Source: Lingula anatina
Lineage: Eukaryota > Animalia > Brachiopoda
Direction: 5' to 3'
NCBI GenBank assembly: GCA_051362555.1
Contig: CM120646.1
Location: 16,182,001-16,246,000 of the forward strand
DNA: 64,000 nucleotides
Shown piece by piece: positions 36,973 to 50,258 of the stretch. Numbering within the stretch: the first letter of the stretch is position 1; each line of letters begins with the position of its first letter. Below the pieces are notes generated by a model, which saw only the letters and a list, made by a program, of their open reading frames with translations, made no database searches and had not been told where the DNA came from. The position numbers were made by a program, and so were the translations under genes.

Positions 36973-39900
36973 ATGGCTTCAACGAATCTTCTGAAAATGG
37001 TGTCTGTACTTTTAGTGCTTGCATTATACTGTTGGATAACCTCCGCCACTGAACTAGGTAGGTTATATTGACATATATGGCAAATGTACATGTACACACA
37101 CAAATGTACGGCAAATGTACACATAGAAGTACTCACAAACAGGCGGGCATTCAAAGTAAAAAACATCTTTATACACAGCACCATTATATATACGACAAAA
37201 TTTCGCATATGCAACTAGCTTTTTTTCTGTCGCTGTCAAATTTCGAATATAGGCATTATTTTTGAATCGACAGTTTATTCAGGTACTTGAACCAGTTTGC
37301 TATCTCGTAGTGCCTTTATATGCGTGTATGCTGGGCGTATTGTCCTGTTCACTGCTGTGCATTACAATTTCTACAGCTAGTTACAACAAATACTTTTCTA
37401 ATGGCAATTTAATACCCGAGCTCGTGCATATTCGAGCACACATTTACGCTAGGTAAGTTTTGCTTTCGGAAAGCGTTCAGATACAAATACAAGGTCATTT
37501 TACACTAGTATTACTCACTGAACCTACCATGTAATATCTTCATGTGTCTAGTGTCAAACGGCTTGCAACAAAACGCTGCATGGTTATACCTAAAATATCC
37601 ATTAATATTTTACAGAATGTCGTTCTCTGACATTTTATCTCAAAGATATGTGACAAAAATATTTTCAAACTCAACGACGTTGAAAAACTATCTAATGCTT
37701 TACCACCCATCTCGCGACAATAAGGAAGTCGTTATTGGGGCTAAAATAGTTTACCAGACACGATTGCCAAACTTGTTATAGCTGCCTTAGTAGAGGTCGC
37801 TACATTATGTGGTGGACAAATTCTGCATTAATGCCCTAAACCGTTACATTTCCCATCTCTTTGGGTATTGTTATGGACTAACGTACCTCATGTATATTCT
37901 TTTGATATGACCTTCCCACCTTTATAGTAGTGCGAATGTCAAAGTTAAGACATCAGAAATGCCGACATGGGCACTAAAGATTTTTCAAAAATGTCATTGC
38001 ATTGTTATTGGTTTAGATAAAAATCCGAATGAAGTGAGGAAAATGAAATTTTAAAGTGATGTCAAATGACATGTAAAACTATGTCAGCTTTAGCCTGTAT
38101 GTGACATGCACTAATACATTGTGTCTTTCCAAGCACAGGTACACATTTGCACATATAGGCCTATCAGGTATAGACATTCTGGCAGTCTTCTAGGTCTTCC
38201 GGGTTACGGGCATCTATTTTTTTCTGCCGGAAGACAGTTAAAAATAAAGGGTGGATCAACAAGATAATTGTCTGAAAATATATCTGGATCCTCCCATGTG
38301 TGGTGTCATTAATTAAATTGTTTTGTTGCTAATTTCTAAATACATTTATTTAATGCATCATCATTGTCATCTCTTCTCTTTTTAAACCACGCAGAAGACA
38401 GGTCGTGCAGTGGTGGCCTTGTCTGGAGTAATTGCACCAAGAACTGCACCATCACGTGCGACGACTTTGAGCCCGCATGCGCAGAGGGTTGTACTCCAGG
38501 CTGCAAGTGCCCGGATGACAAGCCTCACTTTCACGACGGTCGGTGTTGGACCTATAACGATTGTTACACTATATTACGTAAGTTAAAACTTTTAAAAAGA
38601 TTCACTTAGTAAAACAAGTTTCAAATATCTTATAGTAGTGGATTGATAGGCATTCACAAAAGTTTTTCTCAGCACTTATAATATTTCTTTTTTAAGATTT
38701 CTTAGATTTTGAAGACATACCCGGTATGGTTGACTTTGCATAACTCTACACCGTGTAGCTTGCATTGACTTGTTGTTTATCGTGTGGAACGGATTCTATT
38801 AGTATTACCTGAACCAGGAAAAACATTCAGACTCCTTGTAACTGTAACAAATAAAATTTCCGGTCTCAAAGTGTCCGAGTAATGTGTCTTCTTTAAACAG
38901 CATCTCTTTGGTTTATTAATTTTCTTTTGCGCTTGTTTTGGTTTTATTGCATCATGTGACAGGAGCAGTAATAGGTATTTTCGTCATATCTAATTTAATG
39001 TGTGCTCTTTAAGTAACAATAAAAGGTAATAAGTTTGGTACTACAGATTCTCCTTTCTCCTTTTTCTCCGCTTTTCTTCATAGCACATCCGTTAGTGAAG
39101 AGTTCTGCACACTATCAAACAGTGCTTATTAAAGATGCATTTGAAGTCATATTTTTGCCATAAATCCCACCGAAATGCCACCATATAGTTTCATATGCCA
39201 TACCCTAGAGAAATACCAAAGGGCATCGTTTCCTTTTTCCCAAAAAATGATATTTGATCGTGTGTCTTCTGCTTTCGTCCTGTGCTATACTAGTGTACAG
39301 TAGGCTATATGCTCCTCGGTTGTTTCGTTTTCGGCAAGTCATATTTATAACTGTGTGCGCAGCAGTAATGCGCCATGCATTACTACGTCATTTAGCAGAC
39401 ATTTTACGAGCTGAAGGGACTGCTCAGTGGGTCAATTTATGACCAAAAAATATGTAGAAGTTGCAGTTTTAAAGCTGTTTTTTGGGCTGATCGAGTTATT
39501 ACTTTGGTGTATGCTTTGACATGTCGACTTTATACGAGTCGTATAAGAAACAAGTGAAAGTGGCTTATGTGTTCTAAGTAATCCATGCTCGATCCAAATG
39601 TAATTTTAAACAGTCTGAATGAATCCACTTATTCCAGACTGCACTGGGGGTCAGGTGTGGAGCTGGGAAGGAGGGAGAGAAGGTAAGGAGTGCCACGCCA
39701 CGTGCGACAGTCCCAACATCGACTGTCCAGCCAAAAGTAGGATATGGGGCTGCAGGTGCCCTCCAGAGCGGCCATTATGGAATGGAAACTTATGTGTGAG
39801 GCTGTCGGAATGTCCGCAAAGTAAACAGTGTACAGGAGGACAGGTGAGAGTCTCTTTATGCCTTTTGGAAGTGAATTTGACTCATGTGTAAGACCGGCAT

Positions 39901-41992
39901 TTTGGTCTTATTTAATTTAGTATACATGACAGAAGATTATGACTATCTAGTGCATACAGCGGTATACCTTTAACGTTAAAGCCATAAAGACATCAGTTGT
40001 AGCCTATAGAAAACGCAAGAAGTGGCATTAGCAGAAGCTCATATGCCATATCAATAAACTCTACATGATCAGGAAGTACCCGATATATACAATCGAATCA
40101 ACCAAATCATGCCTTTCTTAAGGTTTGGAAAGACTGTGGAAGTACCTGTACGGCCACCTGCAGTGAGCCGACTCCACGATGCAGCACCGAGTGTGCGTCC
40201 AGATGCGAATGTCCGCCGGAAAAACCTATATTGAGAAAGGGGGAATGTGTCAAGTACAGTCAGTGTCCAGGTAGGTGACTATGTCAAATGCCTGTACCAA
40301 GGCTGATATGGACAACAATTGTGGCCTATTGTCCCCACATTACAGTTACCAAGCAATGTGTCAAATGTGCACAAAATGCACCAAGACTTGCGTCAGTTTC
40401 AGTACTTGTATAATACAATTTCTATATTAAAATTGACTGAACAAGATCTAAATCATTTCAAAAAATTATACAAATGTACGAAAATGCTTGTCCCAAACCG
40501 TGTATGCTCTTAAAACAATACTTTCTCTGTAAAGTGGCAAAAATGTGCGGAAACTGTGTATGCGCTGAGACTTGCATAGGTCTTTTAAAATAGGTCTTTT
40601 AAAATACAATACAATAGGTCCTTTAAAATACAATACACCTACTGCATTACGTATGAGTATAGTAGAGGCGAACAAGTGTGGAAACCCTTACTGAGACTTG
40701 TACAAGTCTAGATACAACAAAATACCTATATTACAGATGAAGAGCGGTGTAGCGGCGGTATGCTATGGACAACTTGTGGAAGCGCCTGTACCAAAACTTG
40801 TATGGAGCCAAACCCTCGCTGTACGAGGCAGTGCGTGGCACGTTGCCAGTGCCCTCCCTCTAGACCAATTCTGTGGAACGGCCTCTGCATCCCATTCGAT
40901 CACTGCCCAGGTAATCCGCTGAAGGCCGATATCCTCAAACTCACTGTTTAATTATTTTTTTTTGTTTTACGTTTTACATAATAAATTGAAATATAATCAC
41001 TTTGATAAAGCACGCCATGGATGGTCCATTCCAGAGAGTTTGTACGATATTTTACAGGCATAATTAGGTGAAATAGTTATAAAGAAGCTGTCACACTATG
41101 TACTGCAATGTATATGCAAATATACACAATGTATGGACCACGTGATAGCCACGTGATACACCCGATTTTACACAATATTTTCAGTGGCAGAACGCTGTCC
41201 CAGTGACAGAGTGTGGAAGGATTGTGGGTCAGCGTGCCCGAAGTCATGTGATGACCAGGAACCAACCTGCTCAAAGAAGTGCGCACAGGGATGCTTCTGC
41301 CCCGACGACGCACCTTACCTGTCCAATGGCACGTGTGTTGCTTTGGATAAGTGCCCAGGTATTAGGTTTTGTTTCTTTTTCACTTTGAAAAGAATTTTAA
41401 AAGTTCTATACTCGAGTAATAACAAGACACGTACCATTTATCTATGTTTCTAAATTATGCGCCTCACAAAGTGTGCAAAACACTTTTCTGTTGTTTTGCT
41501 GTATTATATAAAAGTTGTAGGTGCAAAGCGGCTGCTTTTGTTATGGGCAATTAAAACCATCGCCATATTTTGTCTTCAAAAATATACGAAGACATTTGTG
41601 ACGCGCTTTCTACAGTCTCTTGCAGGTTGCCATGCGGCACATGCAGGGAGCGACGGAACTGACCGCACAGTACTAGCCGTGAGCTTGGTAAACAACCAAT
41701 GTGAAAAATTAATGTCAGTCTACATGACAGATACGTTATGTAAACAATGTACCCAACCTTTAGTTTTCATATGTTGATATCATCCCCAATTTTTTCTCCA
41801 GCTTCTCCAGCTGCAGTAGCGTGCAGAGGCGGCAAGACGTGGCAGACGTGCGCGTCACCTTGCACCTTCACGTGCGCCAACTACCGCGAGGTCATATGTG
41901 CCGCGATGTGTGTTGAAAAGTGCGCATGTCCGCCAGATGCCCGGATTTGGGAAAATGGAACTTGTATTCCAGAGAGCAAATGTCCATACTAA
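36973..41992 (+). CDS. secreted multi-TIL (trypsin-inhibitor-like cysteine-rich) protein, block A / short isoform with 6 TIL domains (386 aa)
   Basis: Exons 36973-37057 (signal MASTNLLKMVSVLLVLALYCWITSA), 38395-38577, 39638-39843, 40123-40270, 40737-40910, 41185-41358, 41802-41992 (stop). Repeated C..G..W..C...C..TC......C...C...C.CP...P....G.C....C pattern. AATAAA at 42216. Confidence 0.87.
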
Positions 41993-42504
41993 TTATTTAT
42001 CCACTTATTTGTCCAAATATTGTCATTACCGATATGTATGTGACTTGGGTTATGTGAAGGAACACTCATGAAAAAGTAAAAAGACAAATATATCTCGAGA
42101 GCCGAAACTTACACTTTGAAACAAATTGGTTATGATACTGGCAAATGTTATTTTATCATTTGCTAATTATTACCGAACTGCTTCTCACAGTTGTTTAATA
42201 GTTTCAGTGCGTAAAAATAAAGCACACGACAAAATGAAAAGGGGTTGCCCTTCCTAAATACTGATATGATTGGTTTTATGGTATGTTGAAAAATGAGCAA
42301 AAGAGCATCGCCGTTTTCGTTTTTTTTTAATATCTCACCTAACATAATCTAGGAATGTGAATTTCGTTTCTTTCCAGATATATTGTACTGAAGAAGACTG
42401 TGGGTCTCTCGATTAAGGGTACTGTCAACTGCAATACATATGAGAACAAATGCAAGTAATTGTATTGTGTATATGAAAAGAAGAATTTCACTTTTTTTCT
42501 TCAG

Positions 42505-43760
42505 TTGAAAACCAGTGTAAACACGGAATGATCTACTCCAACTGTACGAGTGAATGCACGGCCACGTGCTATAGACCGTTCCCAAGAGGCTGTGCGCAGT
42601 GCGTACCCGGATGTACGTGTCCGTATAACAAACCATTTCTAGATAATGGCGAGTGCGTCGGATATCAGGACTGTTCCAGACGGCACGGTAAGAGATGCCT
42701 AATAAATCCGGGCGGCGAACAAGTGGTTTTTCTTATTTCTTTTAAGGAAATAAATCTTAAAATACATATAAGCGGAATATGAACAATGCATTTTTGCAGC
42801 TAGGTTTGTCAGTAGGCCTATATTAATTCTTTTTGATGTTTGCCCCCTCTAGTTTGCCCTGAAAATCAAGAGTGGGTTCTGTTTGGCGCGGAGTGCGTTC
42901 AGACTTGTGAGGACCGAAAACCCGACTGCGCTAACCGGGAGATCCAGGCGGGGTGCCAGTGCAAACCGGACAGACCTTACATTGAAAGAAACGAAACGGG
43001 GCGCTGTTTTACGGCAAGGTTTGTGAATGTGTGAGGCATTTGGGTTCCGTTTCTGGTTTGGGAAGGGTGTTTTTCCTGGTTTAAATCTGTATTTCTTTCA
43101 AATTTGCAATAATTGTACTTTTCCATTATTTTGCAGTTACCGGATTTATAACTTGCTTTATCTTCTGCTCTCTTCGTCGCCAGTTAGTGAAATTGTGTCG
43201 TATGCCGCATGAAACATACGGACTTGGGTGGGGGTAGGGGTGGGTGGGATTGGGGCGGGTGAAGATGCAGAATGCGATAACTTGGGGTTGATAGCTGATC
43301 TCAGATTCAGTCCCTATACAGAAATAATAAAGTGATACCGTGGCGATCATTCATCACTGGTATTTTATCTTTTTTTCAGTGAATGCGATGTCATTGTAGG
43401 CCTCACTACAACCGCCGCGCCAAAGTGTCCGGACATTCAGGTGTGGCACCAGTCAGCCTCCCCGTGCACGCGCACGTGTGACGACCCCTTCCCAACATGC
43501 ACTAGGGAAAATGAGGCACGATGTGCATGCCCGAATAGTGCCCCTATTTGGCACGAGAATCAATGCATTCGTGTTGATCAGTGCCCGGGAAAAGTGAAAA
43601 ATGAGTGTTCCGGAGGCCAGGTATAAATTAATCTCTTAACTTCTGGATAAACGGGTTGTCGAGCAGTACAGCATATCCCGTATACTTACGACACAACGTT
43701 ACTTTCATAATTGGCTGCCATTTTGAAATGACTTTTGATATAAGTACCGTGGTTCATTGG

Positions 43761-43802
<42 letters not shown>

Positions 43803-44507
43803 GTAGTGCTGTATAGGTATGCTGTTGATCTCTGATTATTTTCCCTGTAGGTATGGATGTCATGTGGCTCCAAGTGCACCCAGACGTGCGGAGACCCCAG
43901 CACTCTCTGTGAGGGAGGGTGCTACTCCCGCTGCCAGTGTCCCCTAGGTCGACCCGTACTTCACGTGGGGAAGTGTATAGGCAGGGATCAGTGTCCCAGT
44001 AAGTAGGCAGTGGCGGTCATAGGGTAAAGCGGGAAGTACACGTGTTAGACGTTCTCTGGGCGCTGCTTGAAAAGGGTGCCACAGCGACGAACTGACAATG
44101 CATTTAGCGATTACCCTCGTAGTTGAAAAGCACACCCAGGATGTAATACTGGATATATATATATTCAAGTTACGAAAGTGATTTTCAGCTGATTTTATCG
44201 TATTATATATCATCTTGTCGTCGTATTATATATCATCTTGCCGAAGTACCAGACCTGCCTGTTATAAATGTACTTTATCCTTTCCTACTCTCTCTGTGTT
44301 CCAGCTGAACAAGAGAGAAAGACCACTCCAGCTCCTGGATGCACTGGCGGCAGAACTTGGCAGAATTGTGCCTCCCCGTGCACCTTCACCTGCGAAACGC
44401 GGTACAACTTGGTCTGCGCAGCCGTGTGTATTAAGAAGTGCGCATGTCCAAAACATGCCCCCTTCTGGCACGAGGGAAAGTGTGTAGCGGAGAGTGACTG
44501 TCCTTGA
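42505..44507 (+). CDS. second TIL exon block B (5 TIL domains), alternative 3' half of the same gene
   Basis: Exons 42505-42687, 42853-43018, 43380-43620, 43851-43998, 44305-44507 (stop). The block starts in phase 1, compatible with the donors at 37057 and 41358. No separate signal exon seen between 41992 and 42505. AATAAA at 44897. Confidence 0.83.
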
Positions 44508-45454
44508 ATTTAAGGAAAAAAATGATGAAATGACGTATTTATTTGTTTCATGTAGTGAAACTTCACTGAATCATTGGAACAAGAAACTAATTTTAGCTGA
44601 TCGAATTTATATCTGAGTTTTGTGCATGAGACCAAACTGTTGTTTAAATGTTCAAATACTTGACATACACCTTTTTTTCGTGGTTTGAGCAGTTTAATTT
44701 ATAAAATTTCCATTTGTTTGTTGTATATTGACAAATATTAACTGTTAATGACAAATGTTTGTTTTTGTCCGTTTTAAGGCAAAAGAATAACACTTGTAGG
44801 ATGCCATTTGAGTTCATGTCACAGGATGAGTCGGAAATTCTCAATAACCAGGCCCATACTGCATTTTTGCCTTAAATATAAAGTATTTTCTTATGAAATA
44901 AAACGTTTTTGACACGTTTTTTGTTTGCTTATCTAGGCTACCCAAGGCCAGAAAACATATTTATTGGCCTTTTTTTAAAAAACGCATTCTTCTTATTTTA
45001 TATTATTCGGGGTAGTGCCAGATTATACTGAAGAAACCCTAATTGCAAAAGTCTATTTCTTATTAAAATACCTTCCAAAACATTTTTAAAAAATAATGAA
45101 CGACGTACAAAAGGGGAAGGGGCATGTTCTTTTAATATTGCCCATAATAATGGAACCCATTAGTAATACGACAACCACTAAACTGACAGTTAATATTGAC
45201 ACAGTTTGAAAAGAGCGCGAGTAACGACGCGAGAGTCAAGTCAACGGAATGAATGGCGTATCGCGAAAACCTCCCCTAATGCGCGGGTTTTGATCTTTTT
45301 TTTTATTGTTAGAGAGTTCTGGCTAAACTCAGGTAAGGAAGATTAAAGGCTGACTAATCGGAGGAGGGGGGGGGGGGGGGATTGCCCAGGGATAATTCGT
45401 TAAATGTAAATGGACTATATTTTGCTGGTTATTTTAAAATTAGTAAATTAATTA

Positions 45455-45590
45455 ATTAATAAATAAATAATAATGAGAATTGAAGTGATAAATTAATGAC
45501 AAGAAGAATTAAAATGAGTAAATTCATTAATAAATAAATAAATAATAATAATGAGAATTGAAGTGATAAATTAATGACAAGAAGAATTAA
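45455..45590. repeat. two-copy AT-rich tandem repeat (unit about 70-77 bp)
   Basis: aataaataaataataatgagaattgaagtgataaattaatgacaagaagaattaa occurs twice. Confidence 0.85.
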
Positions 45591-45779
45591 GTTAAACAAG
45601 GCAGCAAAGCTGTCAAATGTACAGACAAAAAACAGAAAAAAAAAGCGCAGGAAATAGGATACTGTCAATTTTGATGCATTAATGTATTATGCTTACTGTA
45701 ACTGCATAGCCAACATCAAATTCTAATTGTGCATAACATTGAATTAGGATGAAAGTAAAATGTGTAACAAGCATTAGAC

Positions 45780-45996
45780 TGAGTTCCCATACCTAGATCA
45801 ATCTAACAGGATCAATCCAACTCCAAGGGGTTTCTCACTAAATTGCTTTCAGTTTAAGCGGCTTAGGATTCTGGCATGCCAGTTTCAGTAGGCGTGACAG
45901 ACAGCTAAGCCACTTACATTGATTGCAATTTAGCGAGAATTCCCTTGGAGATACATCGATCCACAGTTAGCGTGATAGGGTCTGGAAATAGTCCCT
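45780..45996. mobile_element. degenerate palindromic MITE (same family as 2116-2360), nested in element A
   Basis: Inverted arms ctccaagggg...ctcactaaattgc / gcaatttagcgagaattcccttggag. Confidence 0.55.
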
Positions 45997-46084
45997 AAGG
46001 CTTGAGGCTGATAAGAGTTAAACTTTGGAAATGCCAGAATGAGATAAAGTGAAAATTTCTTAAACTCATTGCTTAAACTCAATT

Positions 46085-46098
<14 letters not shown>

Positions 46099-46179
<81 letters not shown>
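46099..46179. repeat. (AT)n microsatellite
   Basis: Direct reading of the sequence. Confidence 0.95.
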
Positions 46180-46183
<4 letters not shown>

Positions 46184-49100
46184 CATACTTGTAAGTTAAA
46201 AAAATACAGAAAGTGTTACAAAGTTACAGTACAGGGCTCCTGGTCGATGGGAGTGATAAGTCACATCTTGAAAATGCCAGTTTGAAAAATTAAAAATTAA
46301 AGAAAAAATTACAAAAAATATTCCACTAAAGCTGCCATTCAGTCTAGCTGCATAACCATGATATGAATCATCCAACTTCAGTTTAAACAGTGTAAACAAG
46401 TCACAGAAATATAATATATTTTGTTTTACCACAAAAAGGGCAGTCATAGCTATTATTCTGATATCTGAACTTGTCATCAGACCATGTGACCTCCATAGGT
46501 GGCTATACTTTGTAATAATTTCTTAAGAGATTTTAACAAAAAAAACTTTTTAGAAAAGAATTATTTGCCAAAAAAGAACAGTTATTATCCCTTTAACTGT
46601 AAAAAGTCAAGTTGCAAATATTGCACAACAGGTAGTATCAATAAAAGTGAACTGTTACATACCCTTTGGAGTTATAAGTCCCACACTGAAAATGCCAGTA
46701 GGTAAAAGATAAAAAATTCAAAAATATATACAACAGAATAACATGGTCAATAAGATTACAGTTTCAGGACCATATGTGAGAGTTCAAATTCACATAATGA
46801 AAATCCCTATACTAGTATGTGAAAAATGATGACAGTGCATAAAATAATATTACACAATGTTTAAAGACATAAAAACCAGCACAACTGCTAATGTGGAAAA
46901 ACAAAATACACAGCGCTTCTGGTGGATGACAGTTGAAAGTGTTATCTTGAAGATGCTAGTGTTTGAAAAAAAAAATTAAAAGAAAATGTAAAATAAAACA
47001 TAACAAATAATACCAATAAAGCTGCTATTCAAACTTTTAATCTAGCTGTACAATTACTAACATGATATGAATAACCCTATTGAGTTTGAGAATAATAAGG
47101 CACTGTTATTCATCTTTAGCATTAATGTAAGCGTTACACAAAATTTTTTTTGTAAACTTATTTTCAATATTAAATAACATTTACCTGCATAAAAATCATC
47201 ATTTCCTAATTATGTGACACAGTTAAGAGAGATAAACCTATGGGACTTTACAATGAAATCTCAATGTGTGTTTATGTAATCTCATTTAATGGCCACTTGA
47301 AAATTAATTAAGCAAATTATTTTATAACCCTGAAATAACTTGAAAATTAATTAAGCAAATTACTTTATAACCCTGAAATAATTGCCTACTATCCATATAC
47401 ATTTATTGCACCAAATAGCACTCTACTGCATTGCTTTCAAAACAGAAAACAATTACAATGGTTTTCCAACACAAGCTGCACTTCAGTCTTTTCAGTAAGG
47501 TTGATTATCATAAGTAACATGGTTTTCCCTTAATCGCTATCCTGGCAGCAGTGTCCAAAATAGGGTTTTCTTCAACTTTCATGCAATAAAACATAATACT
47601 TAACAGCATATTGACCATCAATTTTTTTATAAAAAAATAAAAGTATCATGAATATTCAGAAAATGTGATTTGGGAAGGTCTTCAAGGCCATGGAAGTTCA
47701 GAGTCACACTTTCAAAATGCCAAAATGTAAACAAGAGATAACTGTACTGAAATGATTTTCTTTCCATTTTCAACACCTTTTTTAAAACAAAATAATCAAT
47801 TAACTGTCATTTTTAAATGTTCAACTAGGAAAATTGTTGACATAAGAAAAATATCAATAGAACAATTTTCAATGTCCAATTTGCTCCATTTGCAGATGCT
47901 GAACATAGTGAATGATTAAATCTGACAAACTGCAATGATGAGTTCCTTTCCATTTATGAAACTTTATTACATAATGCACAATAACAGGTTTACCGTCATT
48001 TTTATATAATCAACTAACAATATTGTTAAGAAGCAGAAAATGTCAAAACAACACTTTTACATATCTTATTAGTTACATAATGAGACTGTTAACATGCCCA
48101 AGAATTAAATCTGAAGAAATAACAATTATATACAAAAATACAGAAAATGCACAGCACTTCTAGTGGATGGGAGTTAAAAATCACATCTAGAGGATGCTAG
48201 TGTTTGAAAAATAATTTTAAAAAGATTTTAAATAAAACATAAAAATTTCCAATAAAGCTGCTATTCAAACTTTCAATCTAGCTGTATTAACTTGATATTA
48301 ATAACCCCACCAAGTTTGAGAAAAATAAAGCACTGTTATTCATCTATAGCATGTTGGCATAACACATTTTTTTTTTTTGTTGTAAATTTATTTGCAATGT
48401 TAAACACCATTTATCTGCACAATTATCACCAAATCCTAATTTTGTGACACAGTTAAGAGAGCTAAACCTATGGGACTTTACAGGGAAATCTCAAGGAGTG
48501 TTTTATGTAATCTCATTTAATGGCCAATTGAAAATTAATGAGTAGGCAAGTGACTTTATAGACCTTAATTTAATTAGTGATCACCCATTCCTACAGTACC
48601 ATCATATAGCACAAATGTGTTATAGGTGTTGCATACATGCTGAAAAAAGTGAAAAAACAGCATTACTTCCCTAAAAATGACCCGAACATGCTGATTTTCA
48701 AACTTGACCTGCGTATTATAAATATACATTTGTTCTGCAAGTTTCAAGCCAAAAGGTAAAATGGTTTTCCACTTATCATGTTATCAGTGTTGCATATATG
48801 CTGAAAAAAGTGAAAAACAGCATAACTTCCCTAAAAATGACCGGATCATGCTGATTTTCAAACTTGACCTGCGTATTATGAATATTCATCAGTTCTGTAA
48901 GTTTGAAACTAAAAGGTAAAATGGTTTTCCACTTATCATGTTATCGGTGCTGCATATATGCTGAAAAAAGTGAAAAAAACAGCATAACTACCCTGAAAAT
49001 GACCTGATCATGCTGCTTTTCGAACTTGACCTGCGTAATATGAATATTCATTAGTTCTGCAAGTTTCAAGCCAAAAGGTAAAATGAATTTTAACTTATGT

Positions 49101-50258
49101 TATCAGTGTTGCATATATGCTGAAAAAAGTGAAAAACAGCATAACTTCCCTAAAAATGACCCCATCATGCTGATTTTCGAACTTGACCTGCCTATTATGA
49201 ATATTCAGCAGTTCTGTAAGTTTCAAGGCAAAAGGTAAAATGGTTTTCCACTTATCGTGTTATCGGTGCTGCATATATGCTGAAACATGACAGCACTGTT
49301 CTGCAATGGGTTTTCTTCCATTTTTAAAACACTTTTTTAACATAAAACAAAATAAACAGTTTACTACCATTTGTATATGACCAACTAAGAAAATTGATGA
49401 GATGGGAAAAATATCAATAGAACAGTGTTAAATGTCCAATTTCCTCCATTCTGAGATTCTGAAGATAGTAGATGATTGAATCTGACAAACTGCAATGATA
49501 TGAGTTTATTTCCATTTTTGACACTTTATTACACAATACACGATATCAAGTTTACCATCATTTTTACATAATCAACTAACAATGTCATAAAGATGCAGGA
49601 AATGTCAAACAAACACTTTTACGTATCTTATTAGTTTAATAATGACACTGTTAACATGCCTAACAATTGAATCTGAGGAAATGTGAAAAAACAGCATAAC
49701 TTCTAAAATAATGGCCTGATTATGCTGATTTTGGAACTCAACCTGCGTTTTAGTAAGATTGACCACTCCTGTAAGTATAATGACAATTGGCCTATCTGTT
49801 TTTCTTATATTGTGTTATCAGTGCTGCATATATGTTGAAAAAAGTGAAAAAATAGCATAACTCCCCTAAAAATGGCCCCATCATGCTGATTTTCGAACTT
49901 GACCTGCGGATTATGAATATTCATCAGTTTTGTAAGTTTCAGGCCAAAAAGTAAAATGGTTTTCCACTTATCGTGTTATCGGTGCTGCATATATGCTGAA
50001 AAAAGTGAAAAAATGGCATAACTTCCCTACAAGTCACCCGATCATGCTGATTTTCGAACTTGACCTGCGTATTATGAATATTCATCAATTCTGTAAGTTT
50101 CAAGCTGAAATAAAAAACAGTTTTCCACTTATCGTGTTATCGGTAAAAGTGCACGACGGCAAGGACGGCGACGACGGCGACGACGGCGACGACAGACGCA
50201 GATGATGGCTATATGTACAGACACATCTGTGTCTGTACATAAAAATAAACTAAAAATC

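Larger units (their letters stand above)
45594..50240 (-). mobile_element. large Helentron/DINE-like non-autonomous element A (about 4.6 kb) with central tandem repeats
   Basis: One end is aacaaggcagcaaagctgtcaaATGTACAGACA (small stem-loop plus subTIR). The other end is a (gacggcgac)n microsatellite followed by the hairpin TGTACAGACAC-atct-GTGTCTGTACA. Repeats of about 160 bp (atatgctgaaaaaagtgaaaaa...gaacttgacctgcgt) lie at 48.6-50.15 kb. Confidence 0.7.

Noticed and set aside
37262-37456. Hydrophobic ORF with a GTAAGT donor as the TIL signal exon
   Set aside because: 36973-37057 gives a better signal peptide and matches the phase-1 acceptor at 38395. The segment remains a possible minor alternative.
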